DNA of 64,000 nt from Felis catus (GCF_018350175.1 NC_058368.1:127784001-127848000), one strand, 5' to 3'; positions 1 to 13,720 are shown, counted from the stretch's first letter. Numbers and translations: made by a program. The notes: a model not told the origin generated them from the sequence alone.

Positions 1-5
1 GCAGG

Positions 6-12
<7 letters not shown>

Positions 13-48
<36 letters not shown>
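13..48. repeat. (AC)n microsatellite embedded at the C-terminal ORF2 region of an L1
   Basis: Perfect AC run directly preceding CAATGGAGTACCAC (L1 TMEY motif). Confidence 0.95.
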
Positions 49-51
<3 letters not shown>

Positions 52-430
52 GGAGTACCACTTGGCAATCAAAAAGAATGAAATCTTGCTGTTTGCAACT
101 ACGTGGATGGAACTAAAGGGTATTATGCTAAGCGAAATTAGTCAAAGACAAATATCATATGACTTTACTCATATGAGGACTTTAAGACACAGAACAGATG
201 AACATAAGGGAAGGGAAGCAAAAATAATATAAAAACAAGGAGGGGGACAAAACATAAGAGACTCTTAAATACAGAGAACAAACAGAGGGTTACTGGAGGG
301 GTTGTAGGAGGGGGGATGGGCTAAATGGGTAAGGGGCATTAAGGAATCTACCCCTGAAATCAGTGCTGCACTATATGCTAACTAACTTGGATGTAAATTT
401 AAAAAATAAAATTAAACAAACAAAAAAAAA
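47..430 (+). mobile_element. LINE-1 3' end (carnivore L1): ORF2 C-terminus, 3' UTR and A-rich tail
   Basis: ORF 50..232 MEYHLAIKKNEILLFATTWMELKGIMLSEISQ matches the L1 ORF2 C-terminus; G-rich 3' UTR and A-rich tail follow. Confidence 0.93.
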
Positions 431-763
431 CACATGGAAAAACAAAAAAGAAAGAAAACTTAAAATAGTCAAGTGGGATTTGGCCTGCAGGCCCTAGTGT
501 GCCAATCCCTGGTCTAAGTTGGTTTTCTGGATCTTAACTCATCTCCTAAGCAGAAGTACAAGTGGAAAAAACGGTACAGCTCTTCCCTGATCCAGGCATG
601 CAGATTTAGCCCTATCAACTGTCTAACAGTCTCTGATCCTTCACAAGTGAAAATCTCAACCCTTACCCCCAACTCCACTGAATCTTCAGGTCATTACCAG
701 TTTACAACATAAAAGTATTTTAGAAAGACAATTAAAGCCAAAGTGAAAAAAAAAGAACAGTAT

Positions 764-912
764 GGGGCTCCTGGGAGGCTCAGTGGGCTAAGCATCCAAC
801 TCTTGGTTTCAGCTCAGGTCATTTATTTCTCAGTTCCTGGGATTGAGCCCTATGTCAGGCTCTGTGCTGACAGCATGGAGCCTGCTTGAGATTCTCTCTC
901 CCCTAATTTTCC

Positions 913-968
<56 letters not shown>

Positions 969-995
969 ATAAATAAGCTTTAAAAAAATTAAAAA
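764..995 (+). mobile_element. Can-SINE (tRNA-derived carnivore SINE)
   Basis: GGGGCTCCTGGGAGGCTCAG head, (CT)n body, AATAAA/A-tail, flanking AACAGTA repeat. Confidence 0.93.
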
Positions 996-2577
996 CAGTA
1001 AAACAAATTCTACTTGAGGAAATCACGTGATTTGTACCTCAATATGTCTCAAATGGCATCAGTGACCCATGACCCCTCCAAGGAAAAATATACTAGAATT
1101 GTTCTTCTTTTGGAGCATTATTAGAAAGATAACCTCTAGGAGGAAATGCAGATCCTTATAATTCCTTTTTAGAGGTGTTTACTAGAACCCATATTATTTT
1201 AATTTTGTAGATGATATATTTCTCTCTCAGGTGTATAGGCCTATGTCACTCAAACAATCTTGTGTTTGCTTGTGCTTACAAAATGCTGCCATGGGGATAA
1301 TTTAAATGCAAATTAGAAGTCATCCAAAGACAACTTTATTTTGTTGTTGTGTTGTGAGGCTAACGGAAGCAGTCAGTTATTTTCCAGGATAAAAATGCTC
1401 TTTAAATAAGAGAAATGGTACAGATGTTTCATTGTACATGTTTCATGTTTTCCAAATATCCTCTGATTTTGTTACCAATTTCTTATCAGTTAATCAGTTA
1501 ATCAGTTAATAAGCATAATCATTACTCTAAAAATAATAGTTTTCAAATTGTTAAAGCAATACTCTGACAATTTAATAATAGATCTTGGTATATTATATGA
1601 TGATCATGTTATTTTGAACCAAAGTTTTTATAGTGCTATTTTATAACAGTGACATTGAACTGACTTTAGATGACCATTGCTAAGGCCAATTTTTGCCATG
1701 TTTAAGATAATCCTAGGAGAGATCTTCTGCATTTATTAAAGGTACATTAACTCTTTCAGACCAACAAGTCAGAGACAATAGAGCACTGAAGATATAATTT
1801 CCTAATTGGTAAATTAGGCTCCAAGTTTAGGGATCTACATGAAGAATCAACCTGGAGTTTTTTCAGGATCTTCAAGGCCCCAGAACCTATCACCTCTAGT
1901 CTCCTTCATAGCAGGTAAGGGTTACTCTGGCATAATAATCTTCTGCTTGTGTCACTGTTTCAGTTCACTGCAGATGTCAGCAGAAGCGTCTTTAGAAAGA
2001 AGGGAATAACTTCAGAGAAGGTTCAGGACTTCAGAAGGATGAATGCCATACCAGAACCTCTTTCTAAACTATTCCAATTGCATTTTTTGTTAACCTAACC
2101 AGATTTTTCTCAGCTATAAGAGATAGTACTGGATATGGAATGCATATTCTGAAGAATTGGGGAGACTCAAATATCCATTCAATTTTCCTCACAATTCCAC
2201 CATGAACATTGGAACAAGCCATTAAGTTAATTGGAACAATTACTATGTCATAAATTAAAAAAGCCTTGTTTGATCCTATTTGACTACAACAGACTCCCTG
2301 AAGAATAGATATTTTTCTAGGAGGGAAATAAATTCTGAGGCATACAATTACAACTGAGGTTAAAAACCTGTGAGTATAATTAAGATACTGTATTAAGGTA
2401 GAAAGATACTATTAAGAAAGAAAGGTAGACATGCAAGGGTTTCTGAGACTGTGGAGGTTACATGTCTATGCCCTCTCTGCAGTTGACTCTGCAGATTGAT
2501 GGTAAGGTTTTGGAAAACATCTCTCTCTGAAATACTTCTTCTCAAGTAGACCGTACAAATGTGTTCACACGTGTGCA

Positions 2578-2578
<1 letters not shown>

Positions 2579-2610
<32 letters not shown>
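2579..2610. repeat. (AC)n microsatellite
   Basis: Direct observation. Confidence 0.95.
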
Positions 2611-2612
<2 letters not shown>

Positions 2613-3255
2613 CAACAAAGATAAATGACTTCTAAAGGACAAGGACACCTGTAACAAAAGTTTAACTGACAGTTTCTCCTCTTTCTCCTCACAACTGTCT
2701 TCAAAATTTTATATCAAGAACAATTCTGATAAGCTTAGTACCACATATAAGGAAGAGTTAGAGAGAAGTACAACAGAGTTAATTTTCCTTCAGGGAAAAC
2801 TTTTTTTTAAGAGAGGGAGAGAAATTAAAATAAAGTAGTACTTATAGAGGAAGAATATTCTCCAGAGAGAAAAGACATGCAGTTTGTAATTTCATGCACT
2901 TAATTAATTGCAGTGCAGATCACTCTCATTAGGAGTCCATTTTAAGCCTACCAGCTTGAACAGCCAGGAAGGAATAATTATGATGAAACCTTGTCCCTGT
3001 CTCCTTACTGAGAGTTTCAGAAACTTTTCCAGGGACATCTTGAAAGATTTTTCTTTCTACCACCCCCTTTTTTGTTACCCTTGTATGTAAAAGCAATGGA
3101 ATGAAATGACAATTCAATGTTTGCCTTTCGTTCCTCCTTACCACCTTTTACTATTGATTTTACAGTGAAAATTCTCAAAAACTCAGAGCCCTGCCCATAC
3201 TTTAGTTTCTAGAGTGATAAAGCCTTATAATAAATTCATTAAAGGCTGTGTACAT

Positions 3256-3790
3256 GTTAGGGTTCTGGGTTGCAAACAACAGAAATTAATATTGATGAAC
3301 TTTAGCAGAAAAAGGAATTCACAAAAAAATATAGGATAGAAATCCTATACACCATAGCCCTATAGACTATAGTCCTATAGACTATAGAGTAGACAGGGAG
3401 CTTGTAGAACCAGACGTGAGTGGGATCCAGGGGAGTAATGAGCTGCCAGGATGCAACCACACCATCCGTCTGCCTAGGACTCTGGTGCTCACCAGCCAGG
3501 CATGTACACTGCTTCTCACACTGTCATCAGCCAAAACCACCATACTACTAATTTTCCACTCAATAGTGCCACATGTCATGGTGGGTCTAAGCCATCCCCT
3601 CAAGATTTGAAGTCCTGGCTAGAGGTAACAGATTGACCATGCTGAGATCTAACTGCCAGCGAGGTGTGCAGAAGGAGTATCTGTCCCCTGTAGCTTCCTT
3701 GTGGAAGGCTAGGCCCTCTCTCCTACCTACTCTGAGATCCCATCCAAAAAAGAAGAGTGTTGGGTACTTACCAACCAAACCAGTTTTCTA
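3256..3790 (-). mobile_element. Old MaLR LTR (MLT1-family)
   Basis: TGTTAGGGTTCTGGGTTGCAAACAACAGAAA...AGCAGAAAAAGGAATT resembles the reverse-complemented 3' end of MLT1J/K/L-type LTRs. Confidence 0.55.
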
Positions 3791-4020
3791 CTTCAGGATG
3801 TTAACTTCCTGAATTCTCATCCTTTTGTCTATCCCCAGGATTTTATTCCCAAGAATAAATGGAGTGACAGTAATATAAGTTTATTAAAAAAAAAAGAGGG
3901 TACAGAGCATCTGTCTTCTTGCAATGTCTGGCTAAATGAGTATAAACCTAGTGTCTTAATCCATTGAGACTGTTATAACAAAATACCATAAACTGGGTGA
4001 CATATAAAGAACATAAATTT

Positions 4021-4243
4021 GGGGGCGCCTGGGTGGCTCAGTCAGTTGAGAGACCGACTTTGGTTCAGGTCATGATCTCACGGTTTGTGAGTTCGAGCCC
4101 CACATTGGGCTCTGTGCTGACAGCTCAGAACCTGGAGCCTACTTCTGATTCTGTGTCTCCCTCTCTCTCTGCCCCTCCCTCACTCATGCTCTGTCTCTCT
4201 CTGTCTCAGAAATAAACATTAAAAAAAATTAAAAAAAAAAAAA
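4021..4243 (+). mobile_element. Can-SINE (felid SINEC_Fc type)
   Basis: GGGGGCGCCTGGGTGGCTCAGTCAGTTGAG head, CT-rich region, A-tail. Confidence 0.95.
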
Positions 4244-4255
4244 GAACAGTAATTT

Positions 4256-4444
4256 GGAGCACCTAGGTGGCTCAGTTGGTTAAGCATCCAACTTTGACTC
4301 AGGTCATGATCTCGCTTCAGGCTCCACAATAACAGTGCAGAGCCTGCGTGGGATTCTCTCTCTCTCTCCCTCCCTCTCTCTCTGTCCTCTCACTCACTCG
4401 TGCCCTCTGCCTCAATCAATCAATCAATCAATCAATAAAAAAAA
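4256..4444 (+). mobile_element. Can-SINE with internal deletion
   Basis: GGAGCACCTAGGTGGCTCAGTTGGTTAAGC head, CT region, (TCAA)n/A tail. Confidence 0.9.
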
Positions 4445-4857
4445 GAACAAATTTATTTTCACAGTCCTGGAGCCTGGGAAGTCCAAGATCGAGGCACTGG
4501 CAGGTTTGTTGTCTACTGAGAGCTCATCTCCTAGTCCACAGATAATTTTCTCACTATATCCTTAACTGGGTGAAGGAACTCTCTAGGGCCTACTTTTGTA
4601 AGAGCACTAATTCTATTCATGAGGGTTCTACCTTCATGACCTAATCACCTTCCAAAGTTCCTACATCCTAATACCATCCCCTTGGGGGTTAGGATTTCAA
4701 ACTATGAATTTGGGGAGTAGGGAATAAACATTCAGATGATAGCACCTAGACTCACTCACGGAGAAGGTGGTAAGAACTACAACCAAAATACCTTCCTGCC
4801 TCGGTGCTCCACAATGTGTGGTCAAAGCTTAAGTGCCTGCTTTAGTGCTAAACAAAT

Positions 4858-4927
4858 TGTGGGACCAGATAAAAATAACTTAGGTACTTGCTTCAGGGAA
4901 TGCTTTTTCCTGAAAAGACTGTAAACC

Positions 4928-4960
<33 letters not shown>

Positions 4961-5250
4961 TATTTATCAAAATTAACAGTTTGTTCATCAGAGCTCACTT
5001 TAAGACCCTCACACTTCACTTCAAGACTTCATTAATCCAAAGCTATTAGTCTTTAAATTAGGCACAATCCCAATGATTTTTCCACTTAGCAAGACCAGAC
5101 CCTAAAATTCTATAAACATCTTTTTTCTATTTCCCCCTTCTGAAATATTTCTAAGGTTAAAGGTGGTGTTCTCTATTCCAATGAGACTAATACTTCGTTT
5201 TGCTTAATCAGTAGATTCTGCTGGTGATCTTTTTAGGGACTTGCCTGCAA
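4858..5250 (+). mobile_element. Probable old ERV1-class solo LTR (LTR37-like)
   Basis: 3' part (CTAATACTTCGTTTTGCTTAATCAGTAGATTCTGCTGGTGATCTTTTTAGGG) resembles LTR37-type ends; recognition only. Confidence 0.35.
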
Positions 5251-6447
5251 ACAGAGACCTGGTTACACAACATGATCAAGATAACTCTGAAACCCCAGTA
5301 TTCCCCCTCCATGTTTGCCAAAAAAAAAAAAGTCTATTGAATTACATGTGAGAAACAAAATACCAAGCATTTTATTTTTATGTGTTCATAAATACACTCT
5401 CAGAACCTAAAACAGTATATATCATAAACCAAAGGCTCAATAAATATTTGGATGAATGAAACTACAAATAAATCATGAATCCAATTCTTACTATAATTTT
5501 ACTGAACAGAAAAACACATATTTTTAAGAGAAATCAAGACAGAAAAAAAATAACCACAATCTTGTTATTCCAAAAAATTTAATTAACTTTCATATTCCTT
5601 TCCAGTTCTTAGCCACATGCAGGCATATATTTTACAGTGCTGTAACTTTAACACAAATGCACTAGTGTGTTTTGCTTTTCTTCCCAAAAGGCCCCAAGCA
5701 CTTCCACGGTACCATCTAGTTATCATAATGATCATCTTAATGATGAGATAATGGTCCATGAATGTGAATTTTCATTACCATCCATTCACCGTTTCTGCCA
5801 ACTGCAAAGAATGACTTTCACTTATAAAGCAGTTTTATAAAAATACTAAATAAACCTAAAATCATTAGCCCTCACTTCAGATTTTTTCAGTGGATACTTA
5901 ATGGAACATACCAGAAGTTATAAACTAAAATAAGACAATGTGGGTTATGGTCCTTTTTTGTTACAGTTATCCTCTGAAAATCAATTAACTTTTACATTTC
6001 TTCTTAAGACAAATGGAGCCCTTTCTGCTTGGGTCTCTGTAGAGTACAACTAATACCCTTTGCTAGGCATTCTATAAATACGATACACTCCACAGTTGCT
6101 GAATTCTTGTCAAAAATACTATTTCAGATGGTGAGAATAAACACAGAGAAAAATGACCTTCACAAGGTTACAGAAAAGAAATAAAAATTACATTTGAAGA
6201 GGCATGATATCAAGAATTTTAGTCCCAGGTCTTAGCCATGCAACTTTACCAGGTAGATTTAAGTTAGTATTAGCATGAACACAGTGTGCTAGAAGATAAA
6301 GTTTGAAAATAATATGTAATATCCAAGTTAAGGGAAAAGCCATACAGACATGCTTTTCTGGTGTTTCATTTTACATTAGTAACTCAATCTAATGAAGAAA
6401 GTTTTCTACAAATAATATTTGTCCACATCAAGTTCAATTTCACTCTA

Positions 6448-6634
6448 GGAGCACCTGGGTGGCTCTGTCATTTGAGTTTCTGTCTCTTGATTTCAGCTAA
6501 GGTCATGATCTCATAGTTTTGGGATTGAGCCATGTGTTAGGCTCCACAGTGAATATGGAGCCTGCATGGGATTCTCTCTCTCTCCCTATCTCCCTCTCTC
6601 TGTCTCTCAAAATGAATCAATAACCATTTTTTAA
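6448..6634 (+). mobile_element. Can-SINE
   Basis: GGAGCACCTGGGTGGCTC head, GGTCATGATCTC, CT region, AT tail. Confidence 0.9.
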
Positions 6635-6652
6635 AAATTCAATTTTACTCTA

Positions 6653-6821
6653 GGGGCATGTGGGTGGCTCAGATGGTTGAACATCTGGCTGTTGGTTTTG
6701 GCTCAGGTCATGATCTCATGGTTTGTGGGTTCAAGCCCTGCATCAGGCTCTGTGCTGACAATGTGGAGCCTGCTTGGGATTCTCTCTCTTTTTCTCAAAA
6801 TAAATAAATAAACTTTCAAAA
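6653..6821 (+). mobile_element. Can-SINE
   Basis: GGGGCATGTGGGTGGCTCAG head, GGTCATGATCTC, AAATAAATAAA tail. Confidence 0.9.
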
Positions 6822-7899
6822 AATTTCAATCTCACTGTAGATTTCACTGCTACAATTGGTAGCATGATGAACTAGAATAATGCTTGAATACCAGAAATAG
6901 TATTTAAGAATATTTAAGAAAACAGTATTAAGACAATGATCATTTCTAATAAAGGAAATCCTCAAAATAAAAACCCTAATGCTATTCAAAATACCTAAGT
7001 TCTTATTATAACTGGAAAAATAATTACAGCTAAATATTAAAAAAAAAACCCAGTTGTTTAACATAGAATAATACTCTGACTGAAAAGATAATACACATTA
7101 AAAAAAAGATCAGATCCTTCACCATACTCCACAGCCTATATCTAGGACACAGCTGAGTAACTTGAAAGACGCAAAATTCCCCCCATACCACAAGCTGCTG
7201 CTATTTCCAAAAGATGAAAAATATGAAATCCTGAGAAGCAGTGAACGCCATTGTGGACCTGATCATTTGTAGTATGACAACCTCAGTGGCCTTTCCAAAA
7301 GATTAGTAACTATGCTACACTTCTGCTTCCCTGAATCTGTCAAAAGACAGCTGGACAGATTCTTGAATGCGTTTTGGAATTCAGCTATAATAATCAAAAT
7401 AGTCAGAGAACCACCTGAGATAGAAGATCTTCTTCTCCTCTGTGTTCTTCCAGTTCATTATCCTTACACTGTTCTATGATTTCTCTCCCCTGTTCAAATG
7501 ACTATTCTTGTTCTTCACAAGTATTTCAATTTTTCTAGAAACCTCTTTCCATGGTAAACAGACTTCCATTCATTTTCAGCCTCACTGATGAACAGTTGCC
7601 CTACATACTGCCTTCCTCCCAACTTGGTTCTTCACAGAGGAGGTCACTTCCCTGCAGTGCAACCACAGAGAGGCTGCTCCTGTTTTGGGGGCCCAGTGCC
7701 TTTCCCCGAGATGGGTTCAGTGCTCTCCTAGTTATTCACGTTAACTTACTGATTGTTACTCTTCCTCTCTTTTGTGAAGCCCTGCTTTGACATTCATGCC
7801 AATCAACTCTGCTTCATCAATGCCTTCTGCCAGTCTCCCTGGTCACTATGTCCCATTGACTGAAAAGTGTCTAACTTTTTAGCACTTTGACATCCTGAA

Positions 7900-8820
7900 T
7901 CTTGCTATTTGACCTCAGTGTCCATGTGGAAGAGTCACCTCATGTCTAAGTCTCTCAGTTCCTCAACTGTTTCTTTCCCACTGCAGCACCCTCTTCCCTA
8001 GCATCCCCCTACATCTTGAAAACATCTTTAATTACCCTCAACACTTAAATCTTAACGTTCAAACATGCTGTCCTCCAAATCTAACTTCCCATCCTTTCAG
8101 CCTGTTCAGTTATTCTAATTTCACCTGTTTGCTACCACAGGGGCCTCAAGAGACCTGAACTCTTTTTATATCTACACCTTCTTATATTCACTCATTTCCA
8201 TTTCCAGCTTAGTTGCCACAATTCATCACTTCTTTCATTCTCATGCAAATACCCCCAATTCCCTTTCTCTATTTTTCAAACACTGCATCCCCACTTTCCA
8301 ATTTTGGGTCAAACCAACTCCCTAGTTGGTGCTTATACTTCGATGCTCAGTACTACTAGAGAATATTCCAAACACTCAGATGTTGGTTACAAGAAAAATT
8401 AATGGTAATGATTATTAACTGCACCTTCAATATGACGAGCTTATCTAACCATGCTAAAGATTTAGTTATCTGAATGCAAACACTGCTTCCTCTTGTCCCT
8501 AGACTGTGTCCCTACTGTTCTCCCTGCTGGGTACCATCTCCTTTTAGATCTCAGCTAAGGTGTCAGTTCCTCATAAGCCTACATTAGTTTGCTCCCCTAT
8601 GATACCTCATATTAGACCCCATGTCCTCAGTCATTTTGTGTTTTATGTCTAACAAACAGGATTGTAGTTGCTATTTTCTTGTTTGTATGCCCTACTGGTT
8701 CTAAACTCTATGAAGGAAGAGACTATACTGGTCTTGTGGAGCTTCTCATCTTTCGTTCATAGCATGGTGTAAAGCAAAGTACAGACACTAGCTATTTATT
8801 GGATAAATGTATAAGTGTAT
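7900..8820 (+). mobile_element. Degenerate LINE-2 fragment(s)
   Basis: Pyrimidine-rich body ending in the typical L2 3' end (CTAAACTCTATGAAGGAAGAGACT...AGCATGGTG...TATTTATTGGATAAATG). Confidence 0.5.
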
Positions 8821-11800
8821 ACATAAGTACATGACTAACAGATGATTGCATAAATGAACATATTCATCAATATAACTTGTGGTTATTCTTTTATATTTAT
8901 AAAATTTAACTTGATTCTATAACATGAGTGCGAATATATGGCTTCAAGAAATAAAATTAGTGTGAATTAAATCATATTAGGAAAAAAAGAAAGCCAAAGT
9001 CAAACATTAACTGGTGCAAAAGAATAAAGAGGGAGAATACTCTTGAAATATATGACCAAAAAATGGGAAAGTTCCAGAAAGTCAATTGTGAAATATAATA
9101 TTTATTTATTCTAAAATGTATATTCTAAATTTTATTTATGCATTGTAAATTATATGTTTTAAATTATTTATTTATTTATACTCAAGTTTTGAATATCTGT
9201 ATATAGCCTCCACATAACAAGGGGTGTGTGTATGTATGTGTGTATGTTTATTTACTATAACATTTAGCATTAACTGTAATTTTTTATAGCAATCACATTG
9301 GAATATCAGTCAGAATATCCTGAGATAGAACTCATCTAGAAATGTGGGCAAAAGTCTTACCTTTCCCGGGCTCAAACCTACCAACTGTAATATAAATGAT
9401 GTTAATCCACTAAAGCAAATACATCATCCAGATAAATTACATAAATGACATCAAACAACTTAACAAAATGGCATGCTACTTTAGTTGAATTCTACAGATT
9501 TGGAATACTCTAAAAATGCCTGGCATTGTCTACCTTCTGTTAAATGGATATAAGATTCTAAACAAATGAGATAAATAGGTATGACAAATGATACCTAAGT
9601 CTTAAATTGTTAAAAAAAAAAAAGCTTCTAATCATCTTGCCAGGATTTTCAACAAAACCAGACCAAAGCAAATAACAACAGAAACACAGATCATATGTTT
9701 CCTAGTTCCTTTCCTATATACAGTTTTATTTTAATGAAATCTCTTTGATCTTTGGTAGTGCTCATTGTGGGGGGGAGGGGATATTTTTATACTTTGGTCC
9801 TTTCCTAAATATTAGCTGAACACAGGTTCTTGTTCTGGATTTCTCAGAGTAGAGCTCTGCAGTCATTATTAAATTTGAATCAGTGGGTCATATTATGCAG
9901 TATATACATAATAATTAAACGAATGTCACTAAGAGTGTTTTCACCGAGGTTTTTTTTTTATGAACATAATATTGCAAGTCAAAAGAATATGACTTTTAAA
10001 GAATGTCAACTCTCTCTAAACACTTCAATGATGAATAATTCTGGATTATGTAAGGATGGTCAGGCAGGGGGGTGTTTACGGAAAACAAGCTATCTGAGGA
10101 GCTGAAAATTACAATTCCTGAACAAAAATAAAGTGCTTTTATTCAGCTCTGCACTCTGCAGGCCATAGTACTGTGTTCTTCAATCAACTTTTCATAGCAA
10201 AACAAATACTTCACTGGGATCATTTTGGGGAAATATAGGATTCCCAACCAAACTATACAATAAAACAAGTAAAGTTAGCATAAAAAAGGTTTGGAAACAC
10301 ATGCAAAGTCAGCACTCTCTTTAGTGTTTTTAAGAACGTGAGAGCCTGGTGACATAGAAATTTTGACTATAAACATAAACCCTTCCTTGGTACATGTTAT
10401 TTTAGTGACATACATATATAGAGTAAAATACTGTGGTATAGTGTCAGTCCATTGGGGTATCCGTAATTAGAATGCCAGGAAGTACTACAAGAATGAAAAG
10501 GTACTATTGTAGTCTGAAAAAGAAATTGGAGTTTGATAATTATCTTATTCTTTTGTAAATTTAGGGCATGACAGACTTCATAAAACATTCAGAGATTCTA
10601 TGATGTAGGAGGAATAAAGTCAGTGTTATTTAGCTGTTTATTTTAGGTTAGATCCAAGAATTGCTACTGATTCTGAAAAAAAAAAAAAGATATGGTTCCT
10701 CAAGATACTATATATTAAAGATAAAGTGTTCTATCAGTCTTACAGTCTAATTTTAATCTTGAAAATCACCAATTTCAAAGCAAAAATAAAACCAGATTTA
10801 ATTACACAGAGCAAATGTTTCAGAAACAAAAGGCTTGCAATATTTTATGGGTGTTCTGGGAAGTTTTGACAAACACTATGCCCATAAATTACACTTGAAT
10901 AAATCAAAGACAAAGGAACCCAGCTTCTTTCTCACAGTATCATCAAGACTCTTGGAAGTATTGCTTCCCAATTTCTTTGCATTCATTACTTTTAACTCCA
11001 AATCTAGCCCAAGAAACTGTATATCTAAGGAATATTTCACAATCACAATTATGTGTGCCCATTTTCAATTTGAAAAGTTTTGCCTACAGATCTTCCACAC
11101 AGCTTTCAATAAGAACTTACCAGATAAATGTCTCAAAATTTGAGCACAGATCCAATATGAAGGTGCAAGTCTTGTGGGTACACTCTGAAATACAGCCCTT
11201 TTGCTTCTTAATTCCTTAGATTCAAAATATGCCAAAGATGGGATGCCCACTGTTAATACCTTCTTAAATTAAGATCAAATTTCAAAGATAAGATGTCTCC
11301 TTAACTAGGCTCCTGTTTTTCTTTTGTTTGGATTTCTTTTTGTTTTCTGTTTTCCTTTTGTTTGGATTTTGATTCAGTAACAAAATACAGAAAATTACCT
11401 TTTTTATGTTCACTCTAATGTACTGTGTGTACTCAAGAACACTAGATAGGTAGTTCATCAGAAAATCAATGTTTAACTACCATCTGAGACCAGCTCCTCT
11501 GCGAATAGCACATAACTCATGTAAGTATTTCTAGAAGATCCTTGTAAAATGAACCCTTATTTGACTAAAGTAGTCTTTCTCCCTGTGTTGGTGAGTCTGT
11601 TTTATTTCTAAGAGTGACCACTTCTTCCCTTAAATTCTTTTCTTTTCTTTTTTTTTTCTTTTGAACACAGTAATACAAATGCACACAGAGTACTTCTCTA
11701 GACAGGTAATAGGACACTAGTGATGAGAAATTGTTTCTAATATTCTCTACTCACGCATATTCCTGCATATACATCCATCTAGGGATGTGTCATCATGTCA

Positions 11801-12189
11801 CAAGGGTAAAACTTGCTCCTTGGCTCTCATTTTATTATAGCTGACGCAGTAGTGAAACACAGCTAGAGAGATTTAACACTACTCCCCTGTACCAGCCCTC
11901 TGCTCCCACAACTTCTTATCTGTGTGCAGGGAGCAATCTCCACAGGTATGGCAAGCTAAACCCTCCTCAAAGTATCTGGAGGAACATGGACCACCCAGGG
12001 AAAGTTAAGTCAGGGTGAGAGATGCGACCAGCGAAAGCTCCTAATTCTTGAGGATGCTGGCCAGAGAAATATGTAGAAGTCAGTAAGGGTTGTTACCCAA
12101 TTGAATCAAGTAAAAAGAACAGAAAACCAACAAATGCAACAAAAACAAACATGATCTCTTCTAATATTTTCCTAAGTAAGTGTAGCAGT

Positions 12190-12410
12190 AGCAGTAGCTG
12201 ATGTTATTACATATTAGGTACTTATAGTACTAAGTATTTTATCCTCACAGCAAACCCATGAGGTAGGGACTTCCATTATTTCGATTTTTCCCTTGAAATA
12301 TTACAAAGTTGGAATGGTTAAGTAACTTTCCCAAGGTCACAGAGGTAGTAAGTGGTGAGGTAGAATGCAAATTCAACCTGTCTGCATCCTAACCACTTAC
12401 TATTCTGCCA
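12190..12410 (-). mobile_element. MIR SINE
   Basis: ATCCTCACAGCAAACCCATGAGGTAGG...GGTTAAGTAACTTTCCCAAGGTCACAGAGGTAGTAAGTGG core. Confidence 0.8.
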
Positions 12411-12745
12411 CCACAAAAATGTCATTTCATTCTCCATGTTTCTGTGCCTGCCCCCTTAGTACATTAAGATGTCCCATTTGCTACCATTCAATGTTCAAGG
12501 GACAACTGTCCTTGTCTCTAAGTAAAACTTCCCTTGAGGTTAAGAGTCCTTCTTATCACCTGTTTTCCTTTTATTAAGCTGTGTCCATTTTCCACTTCCA
12601 TTTTCCTCTCCACCTTACACACTGCCCTCTTTTCCTTTTCACTGTTCTTTCCCCTTCATCTGCTTATTCTCCTTTCTCCTTTGTCCCACTCCATTGCCAT
12701 CTCTCTTATCCTCATTTCCTTGACCTCTCACTATTACACTTTTCC

Positions 12746-12747
<2 letters not shown>

Positions 12748-12786
<39 letters not shown>
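12748..12786. repeat. (AC)n microsatellite
   Basis: Direct observation. Confidence 0.95.
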
Positions 12787-12789
<3 letters not shown>

Positions 12790-12859
12790 TCACACACATG
12801 TGCACACATTTCAGAGGTCCTTACTGTTACCACCATTAGAAGTAAATAGAAAGTAAAAA

Positions 12860-13715
12860 TGGAAGCAATGGTCTGAGAGAAGATATTTTATAATGCATAT
12901 ATCCAACAGAGGACTCTAGAATATATAAACAGCCCCCAGAAATCAGTAAGTGAAAGAAAAACTGGATAAATTTTTAAATGGGCATAGCATAAAATACGTT
13001 ATTCATAAGTTAAATAAACATATTAGTAGCTAAACAATACTACCTGTCATCAGATATATAAAGCATAGTAAGATACTGCTCACTACACATTCACCAGAAC
13101 TGATAAAATGAAACATTAAGAACACCAAGTGAGGTTGAGGATGCAGAGCAAATGGAACTACCACACATTGCCAGTGGGAGAGTAAAATAGTATATCACTT
13201 GGAAAATTGTTAGGCAGTAACTAAAATAAACATATGCTTACCTATGACTCCGACATTACGCCCCTAGGAATATAACCAAGAGAAATAATTGCGTATATCC
13301 ACCAAAAGACTTGTATGCAAAAGTACACAGCAATTTTACTCATAATACATGCTCCCCATACAAGAAATATCTCAAATGTCCATCAATAAGAGAGTGTGGA
13401 TAAATAAATTATGGTATGCTCACACAGTGGAATACTGCACTACAATAAAAAAGAGCAAACTGTTGATACATACACCAACATGGATAAATATCAAAAACCA
13501 TTTTAAGTGATAGCAGCCAAACACAAAGAGTGCTTACAATACAATCCCATTTATATGATGTCCAAGAAGGGGCCAAACTAATTTTCAGTGATAGGAGTTA
13601 GCAAGCTACATGGTGATTACATGGGTGTATAAATACATAAAATTTTATCGAGATATATACTTAACAGTTGCATATTCTACTGCGTGTAAACTATCCCTTA
13701 ATAAAAAAAAAAAAA
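12860..13715 (+). mobile_element. Ancient L1 (L1M-type) 3' fragment
   Basis: Degenerate ORF2 C-terminal motifs (GAGGATGCAGAGCAAATGGAACT, TGGATAAATAAATTATGGTAT) and 3' UTR ending CCCTTAATAAAAAAA. Confidence 0.8.
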
Positions 13716-13720
13716 TTTTA

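Larger units (their letters stand above)
3952..4744 (-). mobile_element. MaLR solo LTR (MLT1A/MST-like) interrupted by two Can-SINEs
   Basis: TGTCTTAATCCATT...ATAACAAAATACCATAAACTGGGTG start; resumes at 4445 with ATTTATTTTCACAGTCCTGGAGCCTGGGAAGTCCAAGATC; ends AACATTCAGATGATAGCA. Confidence 0.8.

Noticed and set aside
1867..1914. Possible 48-nt plus-strand exon (ttttcag|GATC...GCAG|gtaagg)
   Set aside because: Splice-like motifs occur by chance in 64 kb; no recognisable product or partner exons; antisense to the host gene
3360..3387. CTATAGACTATAG repeated twice, quasi-palindromic
   Set aside because: Short local slippage duplication inside an old LTR; no evidence of function
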